From Candidatus Hadarchaeum sp. (GTDB lineage Archaea > Hadarchaeota > Hadarchaeia > Hadarchaeales > Hadarchaeaceae), in NCBI RefSeq assembly GCF_038871235.1, contig NZ_JAVZIN010000003.1:1-64000 (forward strand): a stretch of DNA of 64,000 bases, read 5' to 3'. The notes under the pieces were generated by a model. It saw only the letters and a program-made list of their open reading frames with translations. It made no database searches and was not told where the DNA came from. Below are positions 19,213 to 28,448 of this stretch, in pieces (position 1 is the stretch's first letter; every line of letters begins with the position of its first letter). A program made the position numbers and the translations under genes.

Positions 19213-20622
19213 TTATCTTACCCCCGCCACCATTGCAACTCCTCTCAGATGCGGTCCCCCGTTCCCGACCCCTATGGTTTGCATTGGGTCACCCTTGCCG
19301 CAGTTCGGCACCGGTCTCATCTCGAAATCTTTACCCACAGCGTCCACACTGTTGAAAAAATCAGGAGCAACTCCAACAATCGATGCACCTCTATAAGGTC
19401 CGGTTATTTCACCATGTTTAATCTGAAATGCCTCCTTGGCACTGATTTGGAAATTGTAGCGTCTGGAGTCTATGCTGGGGATTTTCTGTCCCTTGAGGTA
19501 GACACCATCCTTTACTTCAAAGAGTTCTTCCTTCTCAAAATCACCGGGCTCGATGAATGTGTTGCTCATCCTGATTAAGGGAAGATATTGAAAGCTCTGG
19601 GCACGCATGTTGCCGTTGGGAATAACACCAAATTCAGCCGCAGTTTCTCGACTGTGCATGTGTTCGTTTAAGATCCCATCCCTAATCAGCTCCTTGCGAC
19701 GTGCAGGCGTGCCCTCGTCATCGTATTCATAATAACCCAGTGCACCTTTTACTCGAGGATCGTCTGTTGCGTTCAGCAGTTTTGATCCAATTCTTTTCCC
19801 AATCATTCCAGCCCACCATGCTTTCCCCGCCCACGCGGCTTCTCTCCCAAGTACGCGATCAGCCTCGCTGGGATGGCCAATTATTTCATGGCACAGAAGT
19901 GCCACCAGATCTTGGTCTAAGACTACAGTGGTCTTTTTATCCGGCATCGTTTTAGCAGCGGCTAACTTACTTGCCCTTTGCCCGACGTTTTTTGCTTTTT
20001 CTGGCAGATTGAAATTTTCAATGATTTCATAACCGCCAGAACCACCAGCCATTTCATCCATATATTCTACAACTGCACCGCGTTTGGCGAGAGCAAATGT
20101 TTCGCAGTAAGTTAGGGTGTTTTGAAACATGATTTCGGCCCCCTCACTGCTCATGAAAAGTTTTTGTGTTTTCTCCCAAGCTATGTAAGTTGTGGTGTGT
20201 TTGATGAACCTATCAACGCGAGCGCACCCATCGCCGTCAAGGCACAGTTCCACCTTTTCTTCGACGGGTATGTCCAACGGATCCTTAATAATATTTGTTA
20301 TGATCGTGTCTCTATTTACAGGGATTTTCGAGAGGGTATGTGGTTTCGTTTTTTGAGCACTTTTCCCCATACTGACGGCAGCGGCAACTGTTTTTCTAAG
20401 AGAGCGTTTGTTCAGATCCGTGCAGGAGGCAAACCCCCACGTTTTTAGAAGCACTCTTAGCCCTAGGCCGTGCATTTCCTCCGATTTAGCTCGTTCAACT
20501 TTGCCATCCTTGACAACCACCATTTCCCCGATTGATCTTTCAAGGCGCACGTCGGCGTATTTGGACCCAGCTTTCAGAGCCTCATTGATCGCATATGCGG
20601 CAAGATCCGTTGCCACTTCCAA
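19213..20622 (-). CDS. tldD: TldD metalloprotease
   Basis: YADVR, HEIIGHPSEAD (HExxxH), YDDEG, RMSNTF, CGKG. Start placed at TTG 20622 after GGTGA; the track starts at 20667. Confidence 0.92.
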   Translation of the reverse strand: MEVATDLAAYAINEALKAGSKYADVRLERSIGEMVVVKDGKVERAKSEEMHGLGLRVLLKTWGFASCTDLNKRSLRKTVAAAVSMGKSAQKTKPHTLSKIPVNRDTIITNIIKDPLDIPVEEKVELCLDGDGCARVDRFIKHTTTYIAWEKTQKLFMSSEGAEIMFQNTLTYCETFALAKRGAVVEYMDEMAGGSGGYEIIENFNLPEKAKNVGQRASKLAAAKTMPDKKTTVVLDQDLVALLCHEIIGHPSEADRVLGREAAWAGKAWWAGMIGKRIGSKLLNATDDPRVKGALGYYEYDDEGTPARRKELIRDGILNEHMHSRETAAEFGVIPNGNMRAQSFQYLPLIRMSNTFIEPGDFEKEELFEVKDGVYLKGQKIPSIDSRRYNFQISAKEAFQIKHGEITGPYRGASIVGVAPDFFNSVDAVGKDFEMRPVPNCGKGDPMQTIGVGNGGPHLRGVAMVAGVR

Positions 20623-20712
20623 ACGCTCACCATCAACAGATTCACATTGGAGTCTAAAGCTTTTCACAGGTAGGGAAAAGTTCTAATTGTGCATCGTCTA
20701 GGGTTCGATTGT

Positions 20713-21333
20713 ATGAAGAACTTCAGCGAGAGGGTTAAAATCATTTTTTATAAGGGCGGCAAATTTTTGGTTTATCCTGGGGTCTATGAACCAGCCGATG
20801 ATACCTTTTTGATCGCTGATAATCTTGACGTTAAGAGCGGTGAACGAGTACTTGAGTTGGGCACTGGATGCGGTTTATTGGCCATTTTGGCGGCAAAAGC
20901 GGGTGCCAAAGTTGTGGCCACCGATATCAGCCAGACAGCGCTTGAATGCGCTCGAGCAAATGCGATTGAAAACTTGGTCTCTGATAAGATAGATTTTCGA
21001 TGTGGTGATTTGTTTGATCCGGTGGATGGGGAATTATTTGACGCCATAATTTTCAATCCACCCTATCTACCGGTAGAACCTGAGGAGAGATTTAACGAGC
21101 CGCTTGAGATGGCTTGGAATGGGGGAAGTAACGGCAGAGAAGTTATTGACAGATTTCTCAATGAACTTCCACTTCGTCTTAGGGTAAGAGGAAGGGCCCT
21201 TTTTGTGCACTCATCACTTTCAAATCCTTCTCAGACGGTTCGATTCCTTGAGACCAATCATTTTAAATTTAAAACGGTAAGGATAAAGATGTTTTTTGAG
21301 GAGCTTTTTCTTTTTCAGTGTTTCAGGTGCTGA
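20713..21333 (+). CDS. HemK2/PrmC-like protein methyltransferase
   Basis: VYEPADDTFL, LELGTGCG, DLF, FNPPYLP, GG.NGREVIDRF. Confidence 0.9.
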   Translation: MKNFSERVKIIFYKGGKFLVYPGVYEPADDTFLIADNLDVKSGERVLELGTGCGLLAILAAKAGAKVVATDISQTALECARANAIENLVSDKIDFRCGDLFDPVDGELFDAIIFNPPYLPVEPEERFNEPLEMAWNGGSNGREVIDRFLNELPLRLRVRGRALFVHSSLSNPSQTVRFLETNHFKFKTVRIKMFFEELFLFQCFRC

Positions 21334-21401
21334 GAAGGCCCTTTTATCATGTACAGTTCAAATTTTTGTTAGACGTGGGTTAATGGGTTTGGGTGTAACA
21401 T

Positions 21402-22169
21402 ATGAATTCAGAATTGATGGCCGAAATTGAGAGGAGGGCTCAAGGCCTGAAACTACCACCAGACCAGTTGGCAAAGATGATAGATCACGCCCTGCTTTAT
21501 CCTGATAGTCCCCGCAGTTCCTTTAAAAATCTCTGTCTTGAGGCCAAAAAATACCATTTCCATTCAGTCTGCGTGAATCCGGCATGGGTCAAATTTTGCT
21601 CCGAGGAGCTGATGGATACTGATGTAAAGGTGGTGGCAGCGGTTAGTTTTCCCTTTGGTCAGATGACGCCTATGATGAAGGCAATGGAAGCAAGCGAGGC
21701 GGTTGAGAACGGTGCCAGCGAGGTTGACATGGTGATGAATATCGGTGCTTTCAAGAGTAAGGACTATGATTACGTCAGGGAAGACGTTGAAGCCGTGGTG
21801 GAAGCGGTGGGGGGAAAAATTGTCAAGGTAATTATTGAAGCCGGATATCTCACCGATGATGAAGTGGTTAAAGCGTGTGAAATCGTTAGACAAGCTGGGG
21901 CCCATTTTGTTAAGACAGCGACTGGGTTTGGACCTTCCGGAGCCACGGTTCGTCAGGTTTATTTGATGAGGAAGACAGTCGGTGAAAACTTTGGCGTTAA
22001 AGCTTCGGGAGGAATCAGAAACTTGCGAGATACTTTACTGATGATTGCTGCAGGCGCCAATCGAATAGGCTCCAGTTCCAGCGTTAGGATAATTGAGGAA
22101 TGCAAGGCGGCCGAATTCAATAGAAGTTTTGAAGACACGTTCAACAAGATTTTTACCATACCACGATGA
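21402..22169 (+). CDS. deoC: Deoxyribose-phosphate aldolase
   Basis: IDHALL, VCVNP, EVDMVMNIG, KVIIE, FVKTATGF, VKASGGIR, RIGSS. Confidence 0.95.
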   Translation: MNSELMAEIERRAQGLKLPPDQLAKMIDHALLYPDSPRSSFKNLCLEAKKYHFHSVCVNPAWVKFCSEELMDTDVKVVAAVSFPFGQMTPMMKAMEASEAVENGASEVDMVMNIGAFKSKDYDYVREDVEAVVEAVGGKIVKVIIEAGYLTDDEVVKACEIVRQAGAHFVKTATGFGPSGATVRQVYLMRKTVGENFGVKASGGIRNLRDTLLMIAAGANRIGSSSSVRIIEECKAAEFNRSFEDTFNKIFTIPR

Positions 22170-22190
22170 GTAAAGCAGGTCGGTGCTATC

Positions 22191-22301
22191 ATGGGAAAGC
22201 GTCCAAGGAAATGGAAGAAAAAAGGCCGCATGCGCTGGAAGTGGGTTCGGAAGCGGATGCGGCGCAAAATGCGAAGGATCAAGCAGAGAGCTGGCGGCTA
22301 G
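22191..22301 (+). CDS. rpl41e: Ribosomal protein eL41 (eS32), 36 aa
   Basis: Translated by hand: [36 protein letters not shown]. Matches the extended archaeal L41e pattern [15 protein letters not shown]. Absent from the ORF track. Confidence 0.9.
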   Translation: MGKRPRKWKKKGRMRWKWVRKRMRRKMRRIKQRAGG

Positions 22302-22382
22302 TTTTTGAGTCGGTCGTAACACCACAATGGACTCGGCGAAAACTATTTATAAATTGGATTAATAATCCAACCAGGGGATAAT

Positions 22383-23048
22383 TTGGATTTGAGAGGGAAG
22401 ATGGTAAAATGGCTCTATGGCGGCAAGACGGCCGAACAGGCGCTGGCCAAGAGATTTAAGATCTTCGTTCTGGTCGCTATTGGGCTCATCGCCGTCAGTA
22501 AACTACTCTATCTAGGCGGTGTCATGCCCATCCCAAATCTCGAGCTAATTCTTCCGACCCTTGTAGTTATAGGATCTCTATCGTTGTACTGCGGGAATTC
22601 TAAATCTTGGGGTCGCTTGGTGAAATACTTCGGCGTTATTGCTTTGATCAGCGTATATTTAGTAGACTTGGCATTTTGGGGCCCGAACCCGATTTACGCA
22701 TTCACTTGGTCCGGTTTTATAATTGTTTGGCTAATCAGTATGAAAAACAAGCTGTCGGCATTTGACCGGTTCAAGAAGTTACTTTATAAGACGACGCTAA
22801 CAGCCGCTTTCGGGATTCTGATCTTTGATATCTGGACGGCATTCGGTTGCTGGCTGGGTTGGGGAGAAAAATCCATCGCTGGACTTATAGCCATCTACTT
22901 AGCGCAGATCCCTTTCACCCTCTATCACCTGGCCTCAATTGTCTTCGTGCCCCCTCTACTTGGGCTTGGAAAATTGATGATGAAGGTTAGGGTGCCCGTC
23001 TCAGTAGCGGTCAATGTTGGTTCTGGCGTCAGGACCAAAGAGAGTTGA
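22383..23048 (+). CDS. Membrane protein, probable ECF S-component (CbrT-like)
   Basis: About 6 TM segments, IPNLELI, FTWSGF, FDIWT, AQIPFTLYHL; adjacent to a DUF4430 gene. Confidence 0.6.
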   Translation: MDLRGKMVKWLYGGKTAEQALAKRFKIFVLVAIGLIAVSKLLYLGGVMPIPNLELILPTLVVIGSLSLYCGNSKSWGRLVKYFGVIALISVYLVDLAFWGPNPIYAFTWSGFIIVWLISMKNKLSAFDRFKKLLYKTTLTAAFGILIFDIWTAFGCWLGWGEKSIAGLIAIYLAQIPFTLYHLASIVFVPPLLGLGKLMMKVRVPVSVAVNVGSGVRTKES

Positions 23049-23062
23049 GTGGAGGTGGAAGG

Positions 23063-23458
23063 TTGAATAAGGGGCTTGCAGCACAAGTTTTGGCGCTGGT
23101 CATCGTTGTCGGCTTTCTCGGCTTCGCTGGCGGCTACTACCTTGCGGGCGGAATGGTCAAGCAGACAGAACAGTACACCTATGGAGAGAACATAACAGTC
23201 AGGGTTAAGATAGCTGATCTCGGCATTGATAAAGAGGTAACACTCTGTAAGGGCATGACACCCTTTGATGCCCTCTTGAAAGTGGCTAGCATGAGAACGG
23301 AGTTTTACGAAAGCTTTGGTGCCTCAATAGTTACGGAGATCGGAGGACTGCAGCAGAGCTGGGGATATCGGGTAAATGGCGTTGAGCCTACTGTGGGGAT
23401 GCAGGATTACCAGCTGAGGGATGGAGACTTACTCGAGCTAGTTAAGCTCGTTTGGTGA
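23063..23458 (+). CDS. Membrane-anchored DUF4430 (transcobalamin C-terminal-like) protein
   Basis: TPFDALL, SFG..VTEIGG, WGYRVNG..PTVG..DYQLRDGD; N-terminal TM. TTG start after GGAGGTG. Confidence 0.75.
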   Translation: MNKGLAAQVLALVIVVGFLGFAGGYYLAGGMVKQTEQYTYGENITVRVKIADLGIDKEVTLCKGMTPFDALLKVASMRTEFYESFGASIVTEIGGLQQSWGYRVNGVEPTVGMQDYQLRDGDLLELVKLVW

Positions 23459-24014
23459 GGGTTCTGGCCGCGGCCCTAGCTCCAGCCTCAGCAGTCAACA
23501 GGTCTTTACCGGCACCGATGATCACAACGTCGCCTTCATTCGGTTGAAGAGTTTTAATTATTTTTTCGCTAATTTCTTTCTTGATTCCCATAAAACCGCC
23601 AGGGATCTTGAGCTTACCTCCTTTAAAGATAAGCACGGTGGCACCATCAGCCCCAACCTTTATGGCCTCGTCCCTTTGTTCAATCCCCCGTTTGACCCTA
23701 TTCGCAGCACCCCTGACGATAGTAGCCACATTGACCTTGCCAACTGCTAAACCGCCAGCTTCAACCGGGATAAAGGGTTGAGGTTCTCGGAGTAAAATTT
23801 TCCCCTTCTCAGTTAAGAAGTGCCCGCCTTTGGATGAAGTTATCAATCCTTCATTCTTCAAGTGGTCCAAAATAGTTCGGACGCTGCCTTCACCAATTCC
23901 AAGCTTGCTGGTGAGCTGTTTACGTCCTATTCGTTTATGTTTGGATATCAGCTCAAGAGCCAACTGGACATGAATTTTAGAAAAACGAGGTAGCGGTCCT
24001 TTTGTTTTAGGCAT
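23442..24014 (-). CDS. DUF4443-type wHTH protein
   Basis: IGRKQL..KLGIGEGSVRTIL..LK..GLI, GIEQRDEAIKVGADGAT. Confidence 0.75.
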   Translation of the reverse strand: MPKTKGPLPRFSKIHVQLALELISKHKRIGRKQLTSKLGIGEGSVRTILDHLKNEGLITSSKGGHFLTEKGKILLREPQPFIPVEAGGLAVGKVNVATIVRGAANRVKRGIEQRDEAIKVGADGATVLIFKGGKLKIPGGFMGIKKEISEKIIKTLQPNEGDVVIIGAGKDLLTAEAGARAAARTLTKRA

Positions 24015-24021
24015 GTTTGTC

Positions 24022-24987
24022 TTATTCCCGGACGATGTGGGTTCCGGTTTTGCCTTCCAGTGCTTCGGTTACCTTGTCTAGTGAACTGATGATCGCCCGT
24101 TTGCCCCCCCATTCTAAGAAACGGATACAAGCCTTTACCTTTGGTCCCATGCTGCCAGCCAAAAAGTGACCCTCACTGAGATAACGTTTTGCCTCCTCTA
24201 TAGTCATTTTAGATATTTCTTTCTCGTTAGGTTTGCCGAAGTTCAGCTTTACTTTCTCCACATCTGTGAGAATTAGAAAAGTATCGGCGTTGACAACTTC
24301 GGCTAGCCTTTCCCCCGCCAGATCCTTGTCGATAACGGCGTCGACACCACGATAGTTACCGTTGTCGTTTAAAATTACAGGGATGCCTCCACCACCAGAG
24401 GCGATGACAATTATCCCGGCATCGACCATTTTTCTTATAGCCTCGGCTTCAACGTTAGCTATTGGATCCGGAGACGGAACTACGCGCCTCCAGCAGCGGT
24501 CGCCCGTGGGTTTGACTTTCTTGAAGATGTATTCGGGGTGTTTGGCCTTTTCCTCCTTAACCTCAGCTTCGGTGAGAAAGTTGCCGACAGGCTTGGAGGC
24601 ATTTTCGCCTTGAAACTCTGGATCGTTCTTATCGACTAAAACGCGGTTCACCACAGCAATGATTTGTTTGTTGATGCCTAGGCTTCTCAACTGATTGTCG
24701 AGCATCTGTTGTAGCATGTAGCCTATCTGTCCCTGAGTCATGGCTCCCAAGACATCCATATCTTGTGGTGGAATCACGGCCTTGGCCAGGTCCTGTTGCA
24801 CGGCTAGGTTGCCGACCTGCGGGCCGTTGCCGTGGGTTATAATAAGCCGATCCTCTGGTCCCATTTTTTTGACCACTTGGGCGAGCAAAGCCGCCGTTTT
24901 TTTACAGTTTATAAACTGTTCTTGGGTGGTGCCTTTTTCGTGTGCTTGTTTGATGGCATTTCCACCTAAGGCGACCAACAATCTCAA
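24022..24987 (-). CDS. arcC: Carbamate kinase
   Basis: VALGGNA, THGNGPQVG, RRVVPSPDP, GGGGIPV, AVIDKD, GSMGPKV. Confidence 0.96.
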   Translation of the reverse strand: MRLLVALGGNAIKQAHEKGTTQEQFINCKKTAALLAQVVKKMGPEDRLIITHGNGPQVGNLAVQQDLAKAVIPPQDMDVLGAMTQGQIGYMLQQMLDNQLRSLGINKQIIAVVNRVLVDKNDPEFQGENASKPVGNFLTEAEVKEEKAKHPEYIFKKVKPTGDRCWRRVVPSPDPIANVEAEAIRKMVDAGIIVIASGGGGIPVILNDNGNYRGVDAVIDKDLAGERLAEVVNADTFLILTDVEKVKLNFGKPNEKEISKMTIEEAKRYLSEGHFLAGSMGPKVKACIRFLEWGGKRAIISSLDKVTEALEGKTGTHIVRE

Positions 24988-25046
24988 GTCATCACCTTAT
25001 CTCCCATCGCCAGATACCTTATAAAAATATTGGTCATCCTCATCCT

Positions 25047-25979
25047 TTAGGGAAGCCCCTTTATCAGCGCCACCAGTAGTGCCTTCTGCACGTGCATCCG
25101 GTTTTCGGCTTGGTCCCAGACCGCAGAGTGTGGGCCGTCGATTACCTCGTCGGTGATTTCTTGGCCCCGATGTGCCGGTAGGCAGTGCATCACGATAGCA
25201 GTGGGTTTGGCCTTTTTAACCAGATTTGAGTTAACTTGATATTTTTTGAAAATTTCCATGCGCTTCTTGGTTTCTTCCTCTTGACCCATAGATACCCAAA
25301 CATCTGTGTAAATAACGTCGGCGTTTTTCACAGCTTTTTCCGGGTCGTTCTGTATTTCAACAAAGCTCCCACTCTTTGTCGCGCTGTTTTTGGACCAATT
25401 TACGATTTCAGCAGGAGGTTCGTAACCACTGGGGCACGCAGCGTGGAAGTTCACACCCATCAATGAGCATCCTTCCATAAGGGAGACACACACGTTGTTA
25501 CCATCACCAATCCAAGCCACGTTAAGTCCCTTTAGCTTACCAAATTTTTCTCTGATGGTCATAAGGTCGGCCAGCGCCTGACATGGATGGTGGAGATCTG
25601 TCAACCCGTTTATTACTGGAACACTGGAGTATTTGGCGAGTTCTTCCGCGTCGTGGTGTTTGAAGAGTCTCGCCATGATTGCGTCTACGTAGCGGGAAAG
25701 TGTTCTGGCGGTGTCAGCGATGGTTTCACCGCGGCCGAGTTGGAGGTCGTTCATTCCCAAGTAGATGGCGTGGCCACCTAGTTGCGTCATACCGGTCTCA
25801 AAGCTGACTCTGGTTCTAGTTGACGGTTTGGCAAAAATCATGCCTAGAGTTTTCCCATGGAGAATTTCATGAGTTTTACCTTCTTTGGTTTCCCTCTTCA
25901 GCTGCTCAGCTAGGTTCAATATTGATTCAATTTCTCCAGCGCTCAGGTCATGAATTGCCAACAGGTTGCGGCCCTTCAT
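25047..25979 (-). CDS. argF: Ornithine carbamoyltransferase
   Basis: STRTRVSF, HPCQ, GDGNNV, DVWVSMG, HCLPA, QAENR. Confidence 0.97.
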   Translation of the reverse strand: MKGRNLLAIHDLSAGEIESILNLAEQLKRETKEGKTHEILHGKTLGMIFAKPSTRTRVSFETGMTQLGGHAIYLGMNDLQLGRGETIADTARTLSRYVDAIMARLFKHHDAEELAKYSSVPVINGLTDLHHPCQALADLMTIREKFGKLKGLNVAWIGDGNNVCVSLMEGCSLMGVNFHAACPSGYEPPAEIVNWSKNSATKSGSFVEIQNDPEKAVKNADVIYTDVWVSMGQEEETKKRMEIFKKYQVNSNLVKKAKPTAIVMHCLPAHRGQEITDEVIDGPHSAVWDQAENRMHVQKALLVALIKGLP

Positions 25980-27160
25980 TTTTTAACCTCTGCGATAATA
26001 CAATCAAGCTCGCTTATTAAGCTATCGATATGTTTTTGTTCCACGATCAGCGGAGGGACAAATCTTAGCACTTTGTCGGCGGTACAATTTATCAGAAAAC
26101 CGCGTTCCCGAGCTTTAACCACGATAGTTTCCGCGGTTGATTTTTCGTTCATTTCCAGCCCCAAGAGTAGGCCGATGCCTCTAGCCTCCTTTATGCACCG
26201 GTATTTTTCAGCGAGTTCATTCAGAGACTTCAGAAAATATTTGCCCATTTTTGCTGCACGTTCAGGGAGCTTCAGTTTCCGCATAGTCTTCACCGTAGCG
26301 ATTGCGGCGGAGCAAGCTAGGGGATTTCCTCCGAAGGTTGAAGCATGATCACCGGGACTGAAAGATTCCATGATTTCTTTTTTTGCTCCCATGCAGCCGA
26401 TTGGGAAGCCACCCCCTAGGGCTTTGGCCATGGTGATTTCGTCGGGTAGCACATTCCAGTGTTCACAGGCAAACCATTTTCCCGTGCGTCCCATTCCGGT
26501 TTGAACTTCGTCGCAGATTAGCAGCAGACCATTTTCATCGCAGATTTTTCTCAGGCCAGGCAGGTAGTCATCAGAAGGAATGTTGACACCCCCTTCTCCC
26601 TGGACCGGTTCAACGATGACGGCTGCAGTTTGATTTCCAACGGCATTTTCCACGGCCTCTAGGTTATTGAACGGCACGAAGTCGAATGCCTTTGGGATCA
26701 GGGCTTTGAATGGTTCTCGGTAGGAGTGTTTCCAAGTGGCACCAACGGTAGCTATTGTTCTGCCGTGAAACGATCCCTGCATGGCGATAATCTTTCTCCT
26801 TTTGGTGTGCTTTATAGCCAGCTTGAAGGCAGCCTCAACCGCCTCCGCTCCCGAATTGCAGAAGAAGAATTTGCTAATCGACTCAGGAGCTATTTTTACC
26901 AACAGAGCAGCGAGTTCGGCCTGAGGCTGGATGTGATATAGGTTTGAGATGTGTATTAGCTTTCTCGCTTGGGTGGTGATTGCCTTGACCACTTCCGGAT
27001 GGCAATGCCCCAAGGAGCAGACGGCAACGCCGGCAACGAAGTCCAAGTATTTTCTTCCTTTAGAATCCCACACAAACATGCCACGTCCTTTTACGATGGT
27101 TAGAGGCTGGCGTTTGTAGGTTTGGGCGATGTAGCGTTCGGTCGTTTTTATGGCGTCCAT
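25976..27160 (-). CDS. argD: Acetylornithine aminotransferase
   Basis: SLGHCHP, NSGAEA, FHGRT, EPVQGEGG, DEVQTG, AKALGGG, HASTFGGNP; operon context. Confidence 0.93.
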   Translation of the reverse strand: MDAIKTTERYIAQTYKRQPLTIVKGRGMFVWDSKGRKYLDFVAGVAVCSLGHCHPEVVKAITTQARKLIHISNLYHIQPQAELAALLVKIAPESISKFFFCNSGAEAVEAAFKLAIKHTKRRKIIAMQGSFHGRTIATVGATWKHSYREPFKALIPKAFDFVPFNNLEAVENAVGNQTAAVIVEPVQGEGGVNIPSDDYLPGLRKICDENGLLLICDEVQTGMGRTGKWFACEHWNVLPDEITMAKALGGGFPIGCMGAKKEIMESFSPGDHASTFGGNPLACSAAIATVKTMRKLKLPERAAKMGKYFLKSLNELAEKYRCIKEARGIGLLLGLEMNEKSTAETIVVKARERGFLINCTADKVLRFVPPLIVEQKHIDSLISELDCIIAEVKK

Positions 27161-27161
27161 T

Positions 27162-28079
27162 TTACTTGCCTCGCACGATCATCGTGCCGACGCCGGTTTC
27201 GGTCAATATTTCGAGTAGCAGGACATGGGGTATGTTTCCGTTGATGATGTGGCAGCGTTCCACACCCAGCTGGAGGGCTTTCAGACAGGCCTCTACTTTA
27301 GGTATCATCCCCTTCTTGACGATCCCTTGCTGAATCAGTGACTGAATTTCGTCCACCGTCAACGTTGATATTAAAGTTTTTTCGTCGTTCGGGTCTCTCA
27401 TCACTCCCATGACGTCAGTTATTATGACCAGTTTTTTAGCACGCATGGCGCCAGCTAGTTCGGCAGCCACCATGTCAGCATTGATGTTTAGGCTGCGTCC
27501 TTCCGCATCTATGCCAATTGGGGCAATAACGGGGATACAGCCTGCCTTTAGAAAGTTATGAATTATCGCCGGATCGATCTTTTCCACCTCTCCAACCAGC
27601 CCGAGATCGATTTCCACCTCTTTCCCCTTGCTGGTGGTGGTTTTGTAGATAAGCTTGCGCGCGCGGATGAGGTTCCCATCCATTCCTGAAATCCCAAAGG
27701 CTTTTCCCCCGTGGTGGTTTATTCCTAAAACTATTTGTTTATTGATCTTACCGGCGAGCTGTTCGTGCAAGATTTCCATCGTTTTTTCATCGGTAACGCG
27801 AAGTCCCTCGATAAACTTGGGTTTCACGCCACTTTTGCGCATTTCCTCACTGATTTCCGGCCCGCCACCATGAACGATGACCATTTTCATGCCAAAGAGG
27901 TTTAGAAGCACTACGTCCTGCAGAAGGGTGTTCAGCATTTCCTCATTGCTGATTACCCTGCCTCCCATCTTCACGACAATGATTTTGTCGTGGAACTGCT
28001 GTATGAAAGGGAGTGCCTCCAGCAGTACTTTTGCCCGTTCGGTCATTTTGGCACTGTTATTCATACCATCATTATTCAA
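27162..28079 (-). CDS. argB: Acetylglutamate kinase
   Basis: LLEALPFI, VKMGG, VHGGGP, GLRVTD, NINAD, GMIPKV. True start may be a downstream ATG. Confidence 0.95.
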   Translation of the reverse strand: MNNDGMNNSAKMTERAKVLLEALPFIQQFHDKIIVVKMGGRVISNEEMLNTLLQDVVLLNLFGMKMVIVHGGGPEISEEMRKSGVKPKFIEGLRVTDEKTMEILHEQLAGKINKQIVLGINHHGGKAFGISGMDGNLIRARKLIYKTTTSKGKEVEIDLGLVGEVEKIDPAIIHNFLKAGCIPVIAPIGIDAEGRSLNINADMVAAELAGAMRAKKLVIITDVMGVMRDPNDEKTLISTLTVDEIQSLIQQGIVKKGMIPKVEACLKALQLGVERCHIINGNIPHVLLLEILTETGVGTMIVRGK

Positions 28080-28165
28080 TACAATTTGTTTTATGGATAA
28101 AAAACTATTCCAGACGTTTTCTCTTGTCCCTTTTCAAGGATTAAAAATGTTTAAGGGAGCTGAGT

Positions 28166-28447
28166 CTAGTCCCAGCTCCCTGCTATGGCGCTGATTCCAA
28201 AATCACTGTCTAAGTTGTCAAGGCTAAGGTTCTCCAAGTCGTTGAGCATCTCTTCAATCGTGGCGAAATCATCTGAAGTTGGCTCCGGAGTCGTTGTCGG
28301 GCTTTTCGTTTCTATAGCAGTCTGACTCGTGCTGGTGGTTTCGGAGGAAACGGTGGTTGGGATAAGAAAAATAGCCGCCGCAATGGCCGCCACCGTTATT
28401 ATTGCTATGACGGCCGCAATCTGGACTCCTTTCATCTGAGACCCCAT
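28166..28447 (-). CDS. Small membrane-anchored Ser/Thr-rich, acidic protein
   Basis: N-terminal hydrophobic helix after KG, S/T/P linker, acidic tail; starts 1 bp after the upstream stop. Confidence 0.65.
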   Translation of the reverse strand: MGSQMKGVQIAAVIAIITVAAIAAAIFLIPTTVSSETTSTSQTAIETKSPTTTPEPTSDDFATIEEMLNDLENLSLDNLDSDFGISAIAGSWD

Positions 28448-28448
28448 C

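Noticed and set aside
22166-22381. 71-aa ORF from the track
   Set aside because: Alternative-frame shadow of the real rpl41e gene.
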